Under the pieces are notes generated by a model. It was not told the origin of the DNA, ran no database searches, and saw nothing but the letters and a program-made list of their open reading frames with translations. A program made the position numbers and the translations under genes. This document shows positions 53,700 to 63,378 of a DNA stretch of 64,000 bases, piece by piece; the stretch's first letter is position 1; each line of letters begins with the position of its first letter. The DNA is taken from assembly GCA_965217775.1 (NCBI GenBank), contig CBDCJH010000002.1, positions 960,001-1,024,000 of the forward strand. The letters are read 5' to 3'. The DNA is from Acidobacteriota bacterium. Its GTDB lineage: Bacteria; Acidobacteriota; UBA6911; RPQK01; JAJDTT01.

Positions 53700-55907
53700 A
53701 TGGAAAAACCATTACGTCAATCGCTGGTCATCATTCTGCTGCTTGGCCCCGCCGGCTCCGGCTCGATCTGGGCGGAGACCAAAGAGGTTCCTCTGACCCA
53801 AATCCCCTTGTTGGGCAACTACGTCATGAACAAGCCGGTGGCGCCCCACCTGGGGGACGCCGCCGAGTTCGCCATCCGGCTGCTCCAGTGGTCGGACACG
53901 AATCGGCCCTCCGTGCTCAAGGTTCAGCGCATCATCAAGGGCGAGACTTACGCCCAGGAGTGGGGCGCCAATCTGAACTACAACCCGCTCCCCATACAGG
54001 GAGTGGTCGATCTGATGAGCGGAGCCTATCAGCAACTGGAGAGCCCGCGCCTGGTGAAGCTGGAGATCTCGGATCGGATCGAGGTCAAGCAGGCGCCCGA
54101 CAGGTTGGACCTCCTGCAGTCGCAGGTGATTCCCGTTCCCTTCGTCGTCCGGAATTCGGGAGCCGGGGAGATCCAGGTGACGGTCCGAAGCGGAACCGTG
54201 GGCGTGAGCGTCCAGGAGAAGACTCGGACTCTGCAAGCCGGACAGACCCTGGGTTGGTTCGTCCCCGTCTCCCTGGAGGGGTGGACGGGCGGCGCCGTGC
54301 TCCTGAAGCTCGATGCCGGGGAGTTGTCCCGGGAGATTTCGCTTCCCACCCGGGCCTGGGACGCGGGGACCCTGAAGGTCAGCGTATTGGATGAAAACGG
54401 CCGGCCGACCCAGGCGCGGATCTATCTCTCCGGACCAGATGGAAAATCCTACACTCCGGCGGGGGCTCAACCTCGTATCACCAATGGTGACTACCGCCAG
54501 CCCTACGGCGGCGAGTACTACTTCTACGCCGACGGTGGCTTCGAAGTGGGCGTCCCGGCCGGGACCGTCTCACTGGAGGTGGTCAAGGGTCTGGAATACG
54601 AGCCGGTGGCGCAGAAGGTCCACGTCGCCAAGGGCCGGGCCAGGGAATTGGAGTTCCGGTTGGATCGCACCTGGGACATGGGCGCCAAGGGTTGGTGGTC
54701 GGGCGATACCCATCTGCACGCCAATCTCTTTCACGATCCCATCACCGGTGCGGACGACCGGATCAAGCCGAAGGACGTGCTCTTGGTGGTGAAGGCCGAG
54801 GATCTGAACGTGGCGCACATGTTGGCCTGCAATAGCGAGGACGGTTACGTCTATGAGCGCAAGCGGGTCGAAGGCCGGCCCAATGCCCTCTCGGAGGATC
54901 GCTACGTCCTCTACTGGAACGAGGAGATGCGCAACCTGCGCCTCTACGGGCACATGGGCTTCCTCAGGATCAAGAGCTTCGTGGAGCCGGCCTTCGTGGG
55001 CTGGCCCGGCACCACCCATCCCCAGGATGACCCGGCCAACTACTTCCAGGCCGTCAAGGCCAAGGCTCAGAATGCCGCCGTCATCTACGTCCACCCGGGT
55101 CTGCCCAGCGAGTATCCGGTGGACATCGCGTTGGGCGTGGTGGACACCATCGACGTCATGTGCCAAGGCGACGAAGAAAGGAACACGGCGCACTGGTACC
55201 AACTCCTGAACGCCGGATTCCGCTGCCCCATCTCGGCCGGAACCGACAGCTACTTCGATCTGCCCTACCATCTCATCCCGGGAGCCGGCCGGGTCTACGT
55301 GAAGTCGGGTCCCCGGCTCGACTATTCCGATTGGATCGATGCCTATCTGGAGGGAAAGAGCTTCGCCACCAACGCCCCCATGGTCACCTTCACGGTCAAC
55401 GGGCAGGAGGCGGGTTCGGAGTTGAAGTGGAAAAAGGGGACTCTGCAGGTGACGGTGGAGGCCGAAGCCGAGTCCCACGTTCCCATGTCCAGCATCGAGC
55501 TCGTGGTCAACGGGCAGGTGGTTGAAACCGAAAAGGCGCGTAAGGATGGTACGCGCGTCCGTTTGAAGAAGGGGCTTGAAGTCACGGACAGTTGCTGGAT
55601 GGCGGTCCGGATTCGTGGCAAGGCGCACCGGCTCCTTCCCAACGACGCTGCCCTTTATGCCCATACGAGTCCGGTCTACCTGAGCTTCAAGGATCGCCCC
55701 GTTCGTTCTCACGCCGCCGCCCAGTTTTTCGTGGAGCAGATCGATCAACTGATTCAGCGCGTCCACGACAAGGGCCAGTTCAGCCACGAAAGAGAGAAGA
55801 AGAGGACCGTAGACCTGTTCCGGAAGGGGCAGGACATCTACCGAGCGATGCTGGAAGAGGAGGAGACGGAGGCGGTCCCGGTCCGTTTCGGGCACTATTC
55901 CAGGTAG
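53700..55907 (+). CDS. CehA/McbA family (PHP-like) metallohydrolase, exported
   Basis: 'KGLEYEP', 'GWWSGDTHLH', 'AEDL', 'GH', 'YVHP', 'WY.LLN.G......AGTD', 'G..F.TN.P', 'AHTSPVY'. Confidence 0.82.
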   Translation: MEKPLRQSLVIILLLGPAGSGSIWAETKEVPLTQIPLLGNYVMNKPVAPHLGDAAEFAIRLLQWSDTNRPSVLKVQRIIKGETYAQEWGANLNYNPLPIQGVVDLMSGAYQQLESPRLVKLEISDRIEVKQAPDRLDLLQSQVIPVPFVVRNSGAGEIQVTVRSGTVGVSVQEKTRTLQAGQTLGWFVPVSLEGWTGGAVLLKLDAGELSREISLPTRAWDAGTLKVSVLDENGRPTQARIYLSGPDGKSYTPAGAQPRITNGDYRQPYGGEYYFYADGGFEVGVPAGTVSLEVVKGLEYEPVAQKVHVAKGRARELEFRLDRTWDMGAKGWWSGDTHLHANLFHDPITGADDRIKPKDVLLVVKAEDLNVAHMLACNSEDGYVYERKRVEGRPNALSEDRYVLYWNEEMRNLRLYGHMGFLRIKSFVEPAFVGWPGTTHPQDDPANYFQAVKAKAQNAAVIYVHPGLPSEYPVDIALGVVDTIDVMCQGDEERNTAHWYQLLNAGFRCPISAGTDSYFDLPYHLIPGAGRVYVKSGPRLDYSDWIDAYLEGKSFATNAPMVTFTVNGQEAGSELKWKKGTLQVTVEAEAESHVPMSSIELVVNGQVVETEKARKDGTRVRLKKGLEVTDSCWMAVRIRGKAHRLLPNDAALYAHTSPVYLSFKDRPVRSHAAAQFFVEQIDQLIQRVHDKGQFSHEREKKRTVDLFRKGQDIYRAMLEEEETEAVPVRFGHYSR

Positions 55908-55966
55908 GCTGGCCTCATCTCTGCCTATCGCCGTTGCAAGAGCACCGGACACCAGGGGACGTGGAT

Positions 55967-57607
55967 ATGAAGCGCAGGAGTTTCTTGGGCCTGTTGGCAT
56001 CCGGAAGTGCGGCTGCCTCGGCGCTGCCGAAGGCGGTCTCGACGCCGGTTCGAGGCGCCGTCCGCGCCGGGCTGTCGAGAACGCCCCTGGAGATCGGCCA
56101 GGAGAAACAGCTTTTCTTGGACGACCATGTCGTCGAGACCATGGAGCCCCGAGTCTTCAGGCTCCTTAACCAGCCGGTTCGGTACCGAGACAATCCAGTG
56201 ATTCCCCTGGGAACCGACTGGGAGCAGAAAGGGGGGCTGTCCCACGGGGGTGACGCCGGGACCGTCCTCTACGATCCTGAACTCAAGCTCTATCGGTTCT
56301 ACGGGTGGATGATCCCTTGGCCTTCCCGGGGAGAGTCGGTTCGGAAATTCATCTTCTACGCCGAGTCCGAGGACGGTCTCCACTGGCGGAAGCCGCCCCT
56401 GGGCCAGGAACGCTATCTGGGGTTCGACACCAACTTCATTCGCTTGCCCTTCCTGGGTGACGCGACCCCCGGAAATATCGGGGTGTTCCTGGATCCGGTG
56501 GCCCGAACGCCGGAGGAGCGCTACAAGATCCTGTTCGAGCGCAAGCAGGACGGGAAGTGGGGCTTCTATCCGGGCTACTCCGCGGACGGCCTCCACTTCC
56601 AGCCCTATCCGGTCTCCCGGCCCGCCATTCCCTTCCACAGCGATACCAACAACAACCCGATCTGGAACCCGCGGACCAACGAATACCTGGTCTACCACCG
56701 GACCCACCCGAGACTGGATCGTTGGTTTCAGCCCGAGCCCGTCTATCCCGAGGGCGCGCGGGCGCGGACGGCGGCCTGGGCGGCCAGCCGGGACTTCCTG
56801 GACTGGGACGGTCCCAGGGACAAGCGGGACCCGGAAGAGCGGTACGTCTGTTTTCACGCCGACTCGAGGGACCGCGTCGGGGACCGGGACTTCTACACCT
56901 TGGAGGTGCTCCCCTATGGTGGCGGGCTGGTCGGTTTCACCTCGATTTACCACAACCTGATGGGCCAGATTCCCGCCGGGACCGATCTGGGCAAGGCCCG
57001 GAGCCCATGGGTGGACCGGATCGACGTTCAACTGCTCTGGAGCCGGGACGCCCGGCGCTTCGAGCGGGTCGGGGACCGCAGGGTGTTTCTGCCCAACGGT
57101 CCCGAGGGCAGTTGGGACGAGCATCTTTGCTACACCGCCCAGGCGCCCATCGTTCGAGAGGACCTGGGGGAGATCTGGATCTACTACGAAGGGTTCGGCG
57201 GGCGGCACCATTTCAAACAGCGGGGCGAGCAGCAACGAGGCCAGATCGGCCTGGCCATCCTTCGTCTGGACGGGTTCGTCAGCATCACCGGCGCCGGGTC
57301 GTTGACCACGCGGCCCCTCGTTTTCCAGGGCAACCGCCTCCGCATCAACGCCACCGGCCGGGACCGGTACGCTGGAGACGGCTACGGGACGGTCAAGGTA
57401 GCCCTGCTGGACGGAGAGACCGGCCGGACTCTGCCCGCATACGGTCTGGACGATTGCCGCGCCTTCGGTTCCGACAGCATCCGCCACACCGTGAGCTGGC
57501 GGGGCGGCGCGGACGTCGGCGCCCTGGAGGGGAAGCCGGTGCAGGTCCGTTTCCAGGTCCGAAGGGCCAAACTCTTTTCATTTCAATTCGAACGGGAACC
57601 GGTCTGA
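55967..57607 (+). CDS. Tat-exported beta-propeller glycosidase-like hypothetical protein
   Basis: 'MKRRSFL' Tat motif, 'QLFLDD', 'ESEDGLHW.KP', 'SADGLHF', 'IGLA.LRLDGF', 'LTTRPL.F.G'. Confidence 0.72.
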   Translation: MKRRSFLGLLASGSAAASALPKAVSTPVRGAVRAGLSRTPLEIGQEKQLFLDDHVVETMEPRVFRLLNQPVRYRDNPVIPLGTDWEQKGGLSHGGDAGTVLYDPELKLYRFYGWMIPWPSRGESVRKFIFYAESEDGLHWRKPPLGQERYLGFDTNFIRLPFLGDATPGNIGVFLDPVARTPEERYKILFERKQDGKWGFYPGYSADGLHFQPYPVSRPAIPFHSDTNNNPIWNPRTNEYLVYHRTHPRLDRWFQPEPVYPEGARARTAAWAASRDFLDWDGPRDKRDPEERYVCFHADSRDRVGDRDFYTLEVLPYGGGLVGFTSIYHNLMGQIPAGTDLGKARSPWVDRIDVQLLWSRDARRFERVGDRRVFLPNGPEGSWDEHLCYTAQAPIVREDLGEIWIYYEGFGGRHHFKQRGEQQRGQIGLAILRLDGFVSITGAGSLTTRPLVFQGNRLRINATGRDRYAGDGYGTVKVALLDGETGRTLPAYGLDDCRAFGSDSIRHTVSWRGGADVGALEGKPVQVRFQVRRAKLFSFQFEREPV

Positions 57608-57652
57608 TCCTGCGTCTGTGTCAAAGACCATCAATTCAAGAGGTGATGAATC

Positions 57653-59170
57653 GTGAACAATCTGGGGAGAATCGCATCGGTCCTTCTGTTCGCCGCCCTA
57701 TTCGGCGCGTTTTCCTGTACTTCCGAACCTGTTACGGAGGGGCCGCCGCCCCTCGAGGTGGGACCGGGTACCCACCTCTTCGTGGACGACCGTCTGGTGG
57801 CGGAGACGGACAGGGTCTGGCGCTCCCTGAATCGACCGACCAAGCACCGGGAAAACCCGGTGGTGAAGCCGGACCGGCCCTGGGAGGGCTACCTCGTGCT
57901 CCAACCCGGAACCGTGATCTGGGACGAGGAAGAGCAGCTCTTCAAGATGTGGTACAACACCATCGGCACCGACAAACGGCCCTACGTCGAAGACTATCTC
58001 TGCTACGCCACCTCCCGCGACGGCCTCGCCTGGGAGAAACCGGATCTGGGGTTGGTGGAGTTCAGGGGATCCAAGAAAAACAACATCTTCCTGAAGTGGT
58101 CCGGTTGGACCCATGCTCTCCTGAAAGACCCTTCGGACCCGGATCCGAAGCGGCGCTACAAACTGGTTTATTGGCAGACCCATGACATGGATCGTTGCGG
58201 CATCTCGGTGTCCTTCTCGCCCGACGGCAAGGAGTGGACCGACTACCCGGAGAATCCGGTGGTGCCCTGCTGGGCGACCGGCGACACCTTTTCGGTGACC
58301 CAGGACCCGGACAGCGGCCGGTTCCTGCTCTACCACAAGACCATCAGCAGACCGATCCGGAAGGTCTCCCGTCTGGTGAGCGACGATTTCATCCAATGGC
58401 GGGATTCCCAGCAGGTCCTGGATCCGGACCCGTATGACCCGCCCGACACCGAGTTTTACGGCCTGTCAGCCTTTCCCTACGCCGGCCAGTACCTGGGGAT
58501 GCTCTGGGTCTACCACACCTACACCCAGTTCATGGACTCCCAACTGGTCTCCAGCCGGGACGGGCTGGAGTGGGAGCGCTCGGTGGGCCGCCGGCGTTTC
58601 ATGAAGCTGGCGCCGGACGGGAACTACCGCAACGACACCTTCGACAGCGGCATGGTCTACCCTGCCAGCAGCCCGTTCGTGAAGGACGGCAAGGTCTGGA
58701 TCTACTACTCCGGCTTCACCAATCTGCACAATGCTCCGTCCCGGGACCACGACGGCCAGATCGGGCTTGGAACGCTGCGCCAGGACGGGTTCGTCTCCTT
58801 CGACGCCACCAGCGAAGGTTGGATCCTGACCCCCCCGCTGAAGCTCGGGGGAAGCACCTTGTCGGTGAACATGTCCTCCATGACCGAGAAGCGGCTGAAC
58901 TTCCAGCGGGACAGCGGCAAGGAACTCTACAGCAAGCTCTACAGCAACAATCCGTCGGCCCGGGGCTATGTTCGGGTGGAGGTCCAGGACGCGGACGGGA
59001 ACGCCCTGGCCGGCTATGAGGCCTCCAATTGCGTGCCCGTGCACCACGGGGACCTTTATCAGAAGGTCACCTGGGAAGGGGGCCTTGACCTGTCAGGTGT
59101 GGGTGACCGCCCGGTCCGGCTCAAGTTCCTACTGGGCAACACCAAGCTCTACTCCATCAAGGTGGAGTAG
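57653..59170 (+). CDS. Lipoprotein, beta-propeller glycosidase-like hypothetical protein
   Basis: Lipobox-like 'AFSC', 'HLFVDD', 'ENPV..PD.PWE', 'SRDGL.WEKP', 'SPDG..W', 'GLG.LRQDGF'. Confidence 0.72.
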   Translation: MNNLGRIASVLLFAALFGAFSCTSEPVTEGPPPLEVGPGTHLFVDDRLVAETDRVWRSLNRPTKHRENPVVKPDRPWEGYLVLQPGTVIWDEEEQLFKMWYNTIGTDKRPYVEDYLCYATSRDGLAWEKPDLGLVEFRGSKKNNIFLKWSGWTHALLKDPSDPDPKRRYKLVYWQTHDMDRCGISVSFSPDGKEWTDYPENPVVPCWATGDTFSVTQDPDSGRFLLYHKTISRPIRKVSRLVSDDFIQWRDSQQVLDPDPYDPPDTEFYGLSAFPYAGQYLGMLWVYHTYTQFMDSQLVSSRDGLEWERSVGRRRFMKLAPDGNYRNDTFDSGMVYPASSPFVKDGKVWIYYSGFTNLHNAPSRDHDGQIGLGTLRQDGFVSFDATSEGWILTPPLKLGGSTLSVNMSSMTEKRLNFQRDSGKELYSKLYSNNPSARGYVRVEVQDADGNALAGYEASNCVPVHHGDLYQKVTWEGGLDLSGVGDRPVRLKFLLGNTKLYSIKVE

Positions 59171-59303
59171 GAGCGGCGGTTTTCTTGCCGCCGAACTTCG
59201 AAGCAAGAACGGGGCAACAAGGGAGTGGGCGACTGGAAAACCGCCCCTTCAAATCGTCCCTGCTGAGAAGACGAGTAGGGTCGCCCGGATGCGGCGACCC
59301 TAC
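59170..59303. repeat. REP cluster (GGAG-REP pair plus a GTAG palindrome)
   Basis: GGAGCGGCGGTTTTCTTGCCGCCG (59170-59193), inverted GGGCGACTGGAAAACCGCCCCTTC (59227-59250), and GTAGGGTCGCC-N7-GGCGACCCTAC (59275-59303). Confidence 0.75.
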
Positions 59304-59473
59304 ATGATTCCAAGTAGCGGGGAGCTCAGGAGGGCGCGCCAAATTCACCGATTTCATTGAGCGCGGGATCCGGGAATGATCGGCTCCCTGAAAGTTGAAT
59401 GCTGTTTTTGGCCCATTCGAATCCGGTATCCTGTAATCATCTTCTCGATTCAGCTCTCCAACAGGAGGTCGGC

Positions 59474-60109
59474 ATGCAACACGATTTGGTTGACAGTTCG
59501 GACCAAGCGGTTGAGAACATCCTGCGTTATCAAGCCGAGGTTGTGGCGGAACCCCGGCTCGCCGGGCGGATGAAACAGGTGCATGTCTGGTATGCGGTTC
59601 GGTCAACGGACGAAACTTGGCTTTTCGCGCCGTCGAAATTCGTCGGATATGCGGAGAATACCGCCAGTTCTTACCTGACCAGTGCCGGTGAAAGGGACGG
59701 GCGACGGACCGAGGCGGTGCTCAGGAGTTGGTTCGAAACGGTGAAACCGCGCACGCGCCGTGCCACCGAACTCGCCGACGCCCTTCAGAGTTACATCGAA
59801 GCCCACGGGTTCTCCGGTCCTCGTGAGAATGCACGGATCTGCGTTCTCAAGGGGGTCTTCGCGGGCGTTGCGGATGAAACCCGCCAGAAGATTCAGAATC
59901 GTATCCGGATCGACGCCACGATCTGTGGCGGACGTCCACATATTCGGGGCACTCGCGTCCGAGTCTCCGATCTCCTCGATATGCTAGCCGACGGAGTGTC
60001 GCCGTCGGAGATTCTCTCCGACTACCCTTATCTTCGTGAAGCCGATCTGAGATCGGCTCTGGCATTTGGCGCGGCAGCAAGCGCACATCGCATCATTCGA
60101 ATCGCCTGA
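59474..60109 (+). CDS. DUF433 (VapB45-like) antitoxin with an extra ~135-aa N-terminal domain
   Basis: C-terminal 'RI.ID..ICGGRP.IRGTRVRVSD.LDMLA.G.S..EIL.DYPYL...D...AL.F'. AGGAGG RBS before ATG 59474. Confidence 0.85.
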   Translation: MQHDLVDSSDQAVENILRYQAEVVAEPRLAGRMKQVHVWYAVRSTDETWLFAPSKFVGYAENTASSYLTSAGERDGRRTEAVLRSWFETVKPRTRRATELADALQSYIEAHGFSGPRENARICVLKGVFAGVADETRQKIQNRIRIDATICGGRPHIRGTRVRVSDLLDMLADGVSPSEILSDYPYLREADLRSALAFGAAASAHRIIRIA

Positions 60110-60111
60110 TC

Positions 60112-60438
60112 GTGCGTTTCCTGATTGACGCACAGTTGCCACCGGGTTTGGCTCTATGGCTGAACGCGAGAGGCCATGTTGCCCATCACGTCAACGATCT
60201 CGGTTTGGGCGCGTCTCCTGACCATGCGATTGAAGCCAGGGCTCGAGAAATGCGCGCGGTCATATGGTCCAAAGATGCTGACTTTGCCGACCGGGCACGC
60301 CGGACCCAAGGACTGCAGGTGGTCTGGCTGCGGTTCGGCAACACGACCAATGCCTCGCTTCAAGCCAAATTGGCACCGCATTGGCCGGCAATAGAGTCTG
60401 CCCTGACAGAAGGAGAGTCCTTGATCGAAATCTGGTGA
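60112..60438 (+). CDS. DUF5615 PIN-like toxin (VapC45-like)
   Basis: 'RFLIDAQLPP.LA..L...GH.A.HV', 'D..I', 'SKDADF', 'VVWLR.GN'. Confidence 0.88.
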   Translation: MRFLIDAQLPPGLALWLNARGHVAHHVNDLGLGASPDHAIEARAREMRAVIWSKDADFADRARRTQGLQVVWLRFGNTTNASLQAKLAPHWPAIESALTEGESLIEIW

Positions 60439-60596
60439 CGATCATGAACGCACGTCCTGCTGGCCGCCTGTGTCCGGCCTGAGTCTCCGAAGGGAAATGT
60501 TGAATCCAGAGTCTCCATCGCCATCACCGGTCTCCGATTGGGGAGCCCGAAGCGCTCCCCGTTGCGTGTACGCTACGCACCCGTTTTCACTCTTGC

Positions 60597-61793
60597 CTAT
60601 TTCCTCTGTTTCCCAGGAGCCGCAAAGGTCAGGACCCGCTTCGGATTCTCGTAGATCAGCGTCCGGATCTGCTCCTCCGTGACCCCTTTCCCCGTGAGGT
60701 GGGGAACGAACTGCTCCAGGATGAAGGTGTAGCCCATCCCGCCGAAGGTCTTGAAGTCGATCTTCTGATCCACATTCTGGGAGAGGAGGATCCGCTCCAG
60801 GTATCCGAGCCGTATCAGCTCCACGATGCCGTGCCCGACGTGGGCCGCTGTCGCCGGTTGGCGCAGCATGTGGAATTCCGACATGCCGTCGAACTCCACG
60901 TAGACTCCCCGCTTCAGGAGGCCGGTCAGGGCGGGCAGGTCCCGAACCAGGTTGTCGCAGTGTCCAAGGATCACCCGTCCCAGGTCGGTACCTTCGGCAT
61001 CCAGCAGGTCCAGCATCGCGTGCGTGAGCCCGCTTCCGCTGCCGTCCGTGTGCAGCGAGACAGGGGCGCCCGTGATGCGGCTGGCCCGGCCCGCAGCCCG
61101 GATCACCTTGGTCTCAACCGGAGTTAGAGATCCCCCGGACGTGGCCACTTCGCCGATGATGCCGGATCGGATGCCGCTGTTTCCCGCGCCGGACGTCACA
61201 TCCTGGACGAGTTCCCGAGTCAGATCATCTAGCGATCGCTCTTCCAGGACGCGGGAATCCAGGGCGCGGATGTCCCAACCCGTGCCCATGACCACGTGGA
61301 CCCCGGTGGCCTTGGAGACTCGCCGCAGCGCCGCTGGGTCCCGCCCCAGGCCGATGCTGGTTACGTCCACCAGCGTCCCGCCGCCGCGCTTCCGGTAGTC
61401 TGCCAGTTCCTCAGCGGCGGCCGTCTCGTCACCCAGGATCAGATTGTCTCGATTGGGATAGCCCATGGTCACCGCGCCCAGCATGTCCATGGTCAAGGGC
61501 TTGAGATAAAAGCGGACCCGAGTGGCTTCCCTGGGCACCGGCTGGCTGGAATGGTTCCGGTCGATGAAGATGTGCTCGTGCACCATGGCGGCGCCCATGG
61601 AGTCCGGGTCCATGGGGCCGTTGACCGTCAGGACCTTTCCGGCGAGGTCGGGGACCCGGTGTGACGCTTCCTGAGCCCGCAAAACCGGTGCTGAAAACAG
61701 CACCCAGAGCAGGCCGATCAGGGTCCACCCGCTCCGAGTCGTACTGAGAACTTGCCAAAGCGCGTGCCGTATTTCTGTCTTCAATTCGAACAT
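60597..61793 (-). CDS. Phosphotriesterase-related (PTE/Php) amidohydrolase, exported
   Basis: 'TV.GP', 'HEH', 'GG.T.VD.T..GLGRD', 'GIIGE', 'SLH', 'ILGH', 'G.Y.EFD', 'LLSQN', 'ENP.R'. Start inferred at ATG 61793. Confidence 0.85.
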   Translation of the reverse strand: MFELKTEIRHALWQVLSTTRSGWTLIGLLWVLFSAPVLRAQEASHRVPDLAGKVLTVNGPMDPDSMGAAMVHEHIFIDRNHSSQPVPREATRVRFYLKPLTMDMLGAVTMGYPNRDNLILGDETAAAEELADYRKRGGGTLVDVTSIGLGRDPAALRRVSKATGVHVVMGTGWDIRALDSRVLEERSLDDLTRELVQDVTSGAGNSGIRSGIIGEVATSGGSLTPVETKVIRAAGRASRITGAPVSLHTDGSGSGLTHAMLDLLDAEGTDLGRVILGHCDNLVRDLPALTGLLKRGVYVEFDGMSEFHMLRQPATAAHVGHGIVELIRLGYLERILLSQNVDQKIDFKTFGGMGYTFILEQFVPHLTGKGVTEEQIRTLIYENPKRVLTFAAPGKQRK

Positions 61794-61843
61794 TACAGAC
61801 TCCAAATAACCGGAAACGAATAGTGATTCGACCATGGGGAGTT

Positions 61844-61867
61844 CGGCGGTTGGAAAGCCGCCGCTCC
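61844..61867 (-). repeat. Single GGAG-REP
   Basis: CGGCGGTTGGAAAGCCGCCGCTCC is the reverse complement of the GGAGCGGCGG...CCGCCG family. Confidence 0.7.
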
Positions 61868-62005
61868 TGTCGGGGGACATTGTAAACTTCGCGCTTTGCG
61901 GAGGCCAGAGTTCCGGCTCCCCGCGTTTCCCGAGGGGCAAGATTCCAACGAAGGGGAAATTTTTGGGGATTATATCCCAAAGTCACAATTTCCTTCCGTA
62001 AACGC

Positions 62006-62034
62006 TTGATTCGGTCACCCCTCCGTGTTACTAT
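62006..62034 (+). promoter_or_regulatory. Putative transposase promoter TTGATT-17-TACTAT (extended -10)
   Basis: TTGATT at 62006-62011, 17-nt spacer ending TGT, TACTAT at 62029-62034. Confidence 0.6.
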
Positions 62035-62043
62035 TTAGTCACA

Positions 62044-63039
62044 ATGAGAGAGGGAAACGGGATGAAGAAAGCGCCTGGGAAAGCCCACCGAAAAGGACTC
62101 ACTCTGCTGCAAGTTGCGGACAAGTTCCGGGACGACGAAGCGGCCTTAAAGTGGCTGGAAGAGCAGGTTTGGCCGGATGGTCCGTTCTGCCCCAACTGCG
62201 GATCATTCAACGTCCAAAGTGGCATCAAGCACAAGACCATGACCCACCGTTGCCGGGACTGTCCAAAGCGGCCTATGTTCTCCATCCGCAAGGGAACGGT
62301 CATGGAAAGCACCAAGCTCCCTTATCGCGTCTGGGCCGTAGGCATCTATCTCTTCACCACCAACATCAAGGGCATTTCTTCCATGAAGCTGCACCGAGAG
62401 CTGGGCATCGGCCAGAAAGCCGCTTGGTTCATGCTGGCTCGGCTCCGCAAGGCCGCGGAGATCGGCACCGGGACGTTTCAAGGTCCGGTAGAGGCTGATG
62501 AGACCTATATGGGCGGTAAGCGGAAGAACATGCCAAAGGCCAAGAGGAAGCAATTGACAGGTCGAGGATCTGTGGGAAAGACGGCTGTGGCGGGCATCAA
62601 AGACCGACCCACGAAGCAGGTTTCTGCCAGAGTTGTCCCCAATGTCAAGAGCGAAACCATGAGCCGCTTCATCATGGAGCACATGGAACCCGGCGCCAAG
62701 ATCTACACGGACGATGCCCTGACATACCACGCTCTCCCGAACCACGAAACCGTGCGGCATTCAGTTGGCGAATACGTCCGGGGCAAGGCTCACACCAATG
62801 GCGTGGAGAGCTTTTGGTCCATGCTGAAAAGGGCGCACATGGGCACCTTCCACAAGCTGAGCCCCAAGCACCTACACCAGTACGTCAATGAATTCTCGGG
62901 CCGTCACAACATCCGCGAAGCGGACACGGAAGACCAGATGGGAATGGTCGCTGTCGGGATGATCGGCAAGCGCATCAAGTACCCGGAACTTATTGCAGAC
63001 AACGGACTGGACAGTGGAGCCAGACCAGCAGTGGGTTGA
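62044..63039 (+). CDS. IS1595 family (ISXO2-like) DDE transposase
   Basis: Zn ribbon 'CPNCG...CRDC', HTH 'KGISS..LHRELGI.QK.AW', catalytic 'VEADETY', 'IYTDD', 'HTNGVESFW', 'YVNEF'. Alternative start at 62062. Confidence 0.96.
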   Translation: MREGNGMKKAPGKAHRKGLTLLQVADKFRDDEAALKWLEEQVWPDGPFCPNCGSFNVQSGIKHKTMTHRCRDCPKRPMFSIRKGTVMESTKLPYRVWAVGIYLFTTNIKGISSMKLHRELGIGQKAAWFMLARLRKAAEIGTGTFQGPVEADETYMGGKRKNMPKAKRKQLTGRGSVGKTAVAGIKDRPTKQVSARVVPNVKSETMSRFIMEHMEPGAKIYTDDALTYHALPNHETVRHSVGEYVRGKAHTNGVESFWSMLKRAHMGTFHKLSPKHLHQYVNEFSGRHNIREADTEDQMGMVAVGMIGKRIKYPELIADNGLDSGARPAVG

Positions 63040-63147
63040 CTTGAAAAAGCCGGATCGGAAAGACTGAGATCAGGTTAGGAACCGAGCCACCCGCCAAAGT
63101 CTCTCGGTTCCTCTACTCAGATCGGATTGGATCTGAAAGGAGGAACC

Positions 63148-63372
63148 ATGTCGAGATCATCCCTTGCTGCCGAGAACAGAGTCCCTGAACCGATCCAAGA
63201 GATGCGGGATGAGATTTTTGCGTGCATGTTCAGCCGGGACCACCACTTCGTGAATACCAAGGCGGCCATAAACCTGGAGGAACGTGTCCTCCCCAGGAAG
63301 GATCGAATAGTGTCCACACGGGGTCCCAGGTTCTCGCGGGGAATGCCCTTGGCTGCAAAAGAGCGAGACTGA
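63148..63372 (+). CDS. Small IS passenger ORF (74 aa), hypothetical
   Basis: Strong AAAGGAGG RBS 4 nt before ATG 63148. Lies inside the IS TIRs. Confidence 0.45.
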   Translation: MSRSSLAAENRVPEPIQEMRDEIFACMFSRDHHFVNTKAAINLEERVLPRKDRIVSTRGPRFSRGMPLAAKERD

Positions 63373-63378
63373 TCTCCC

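Noticed and set aside
61965-61990. IS1595 as the mobiliser of the 166-bp MITE
   Set aside because: The TIR sequences and target signatures (8-bp AT-rich vs TA/CTAG ends) are unrelated.
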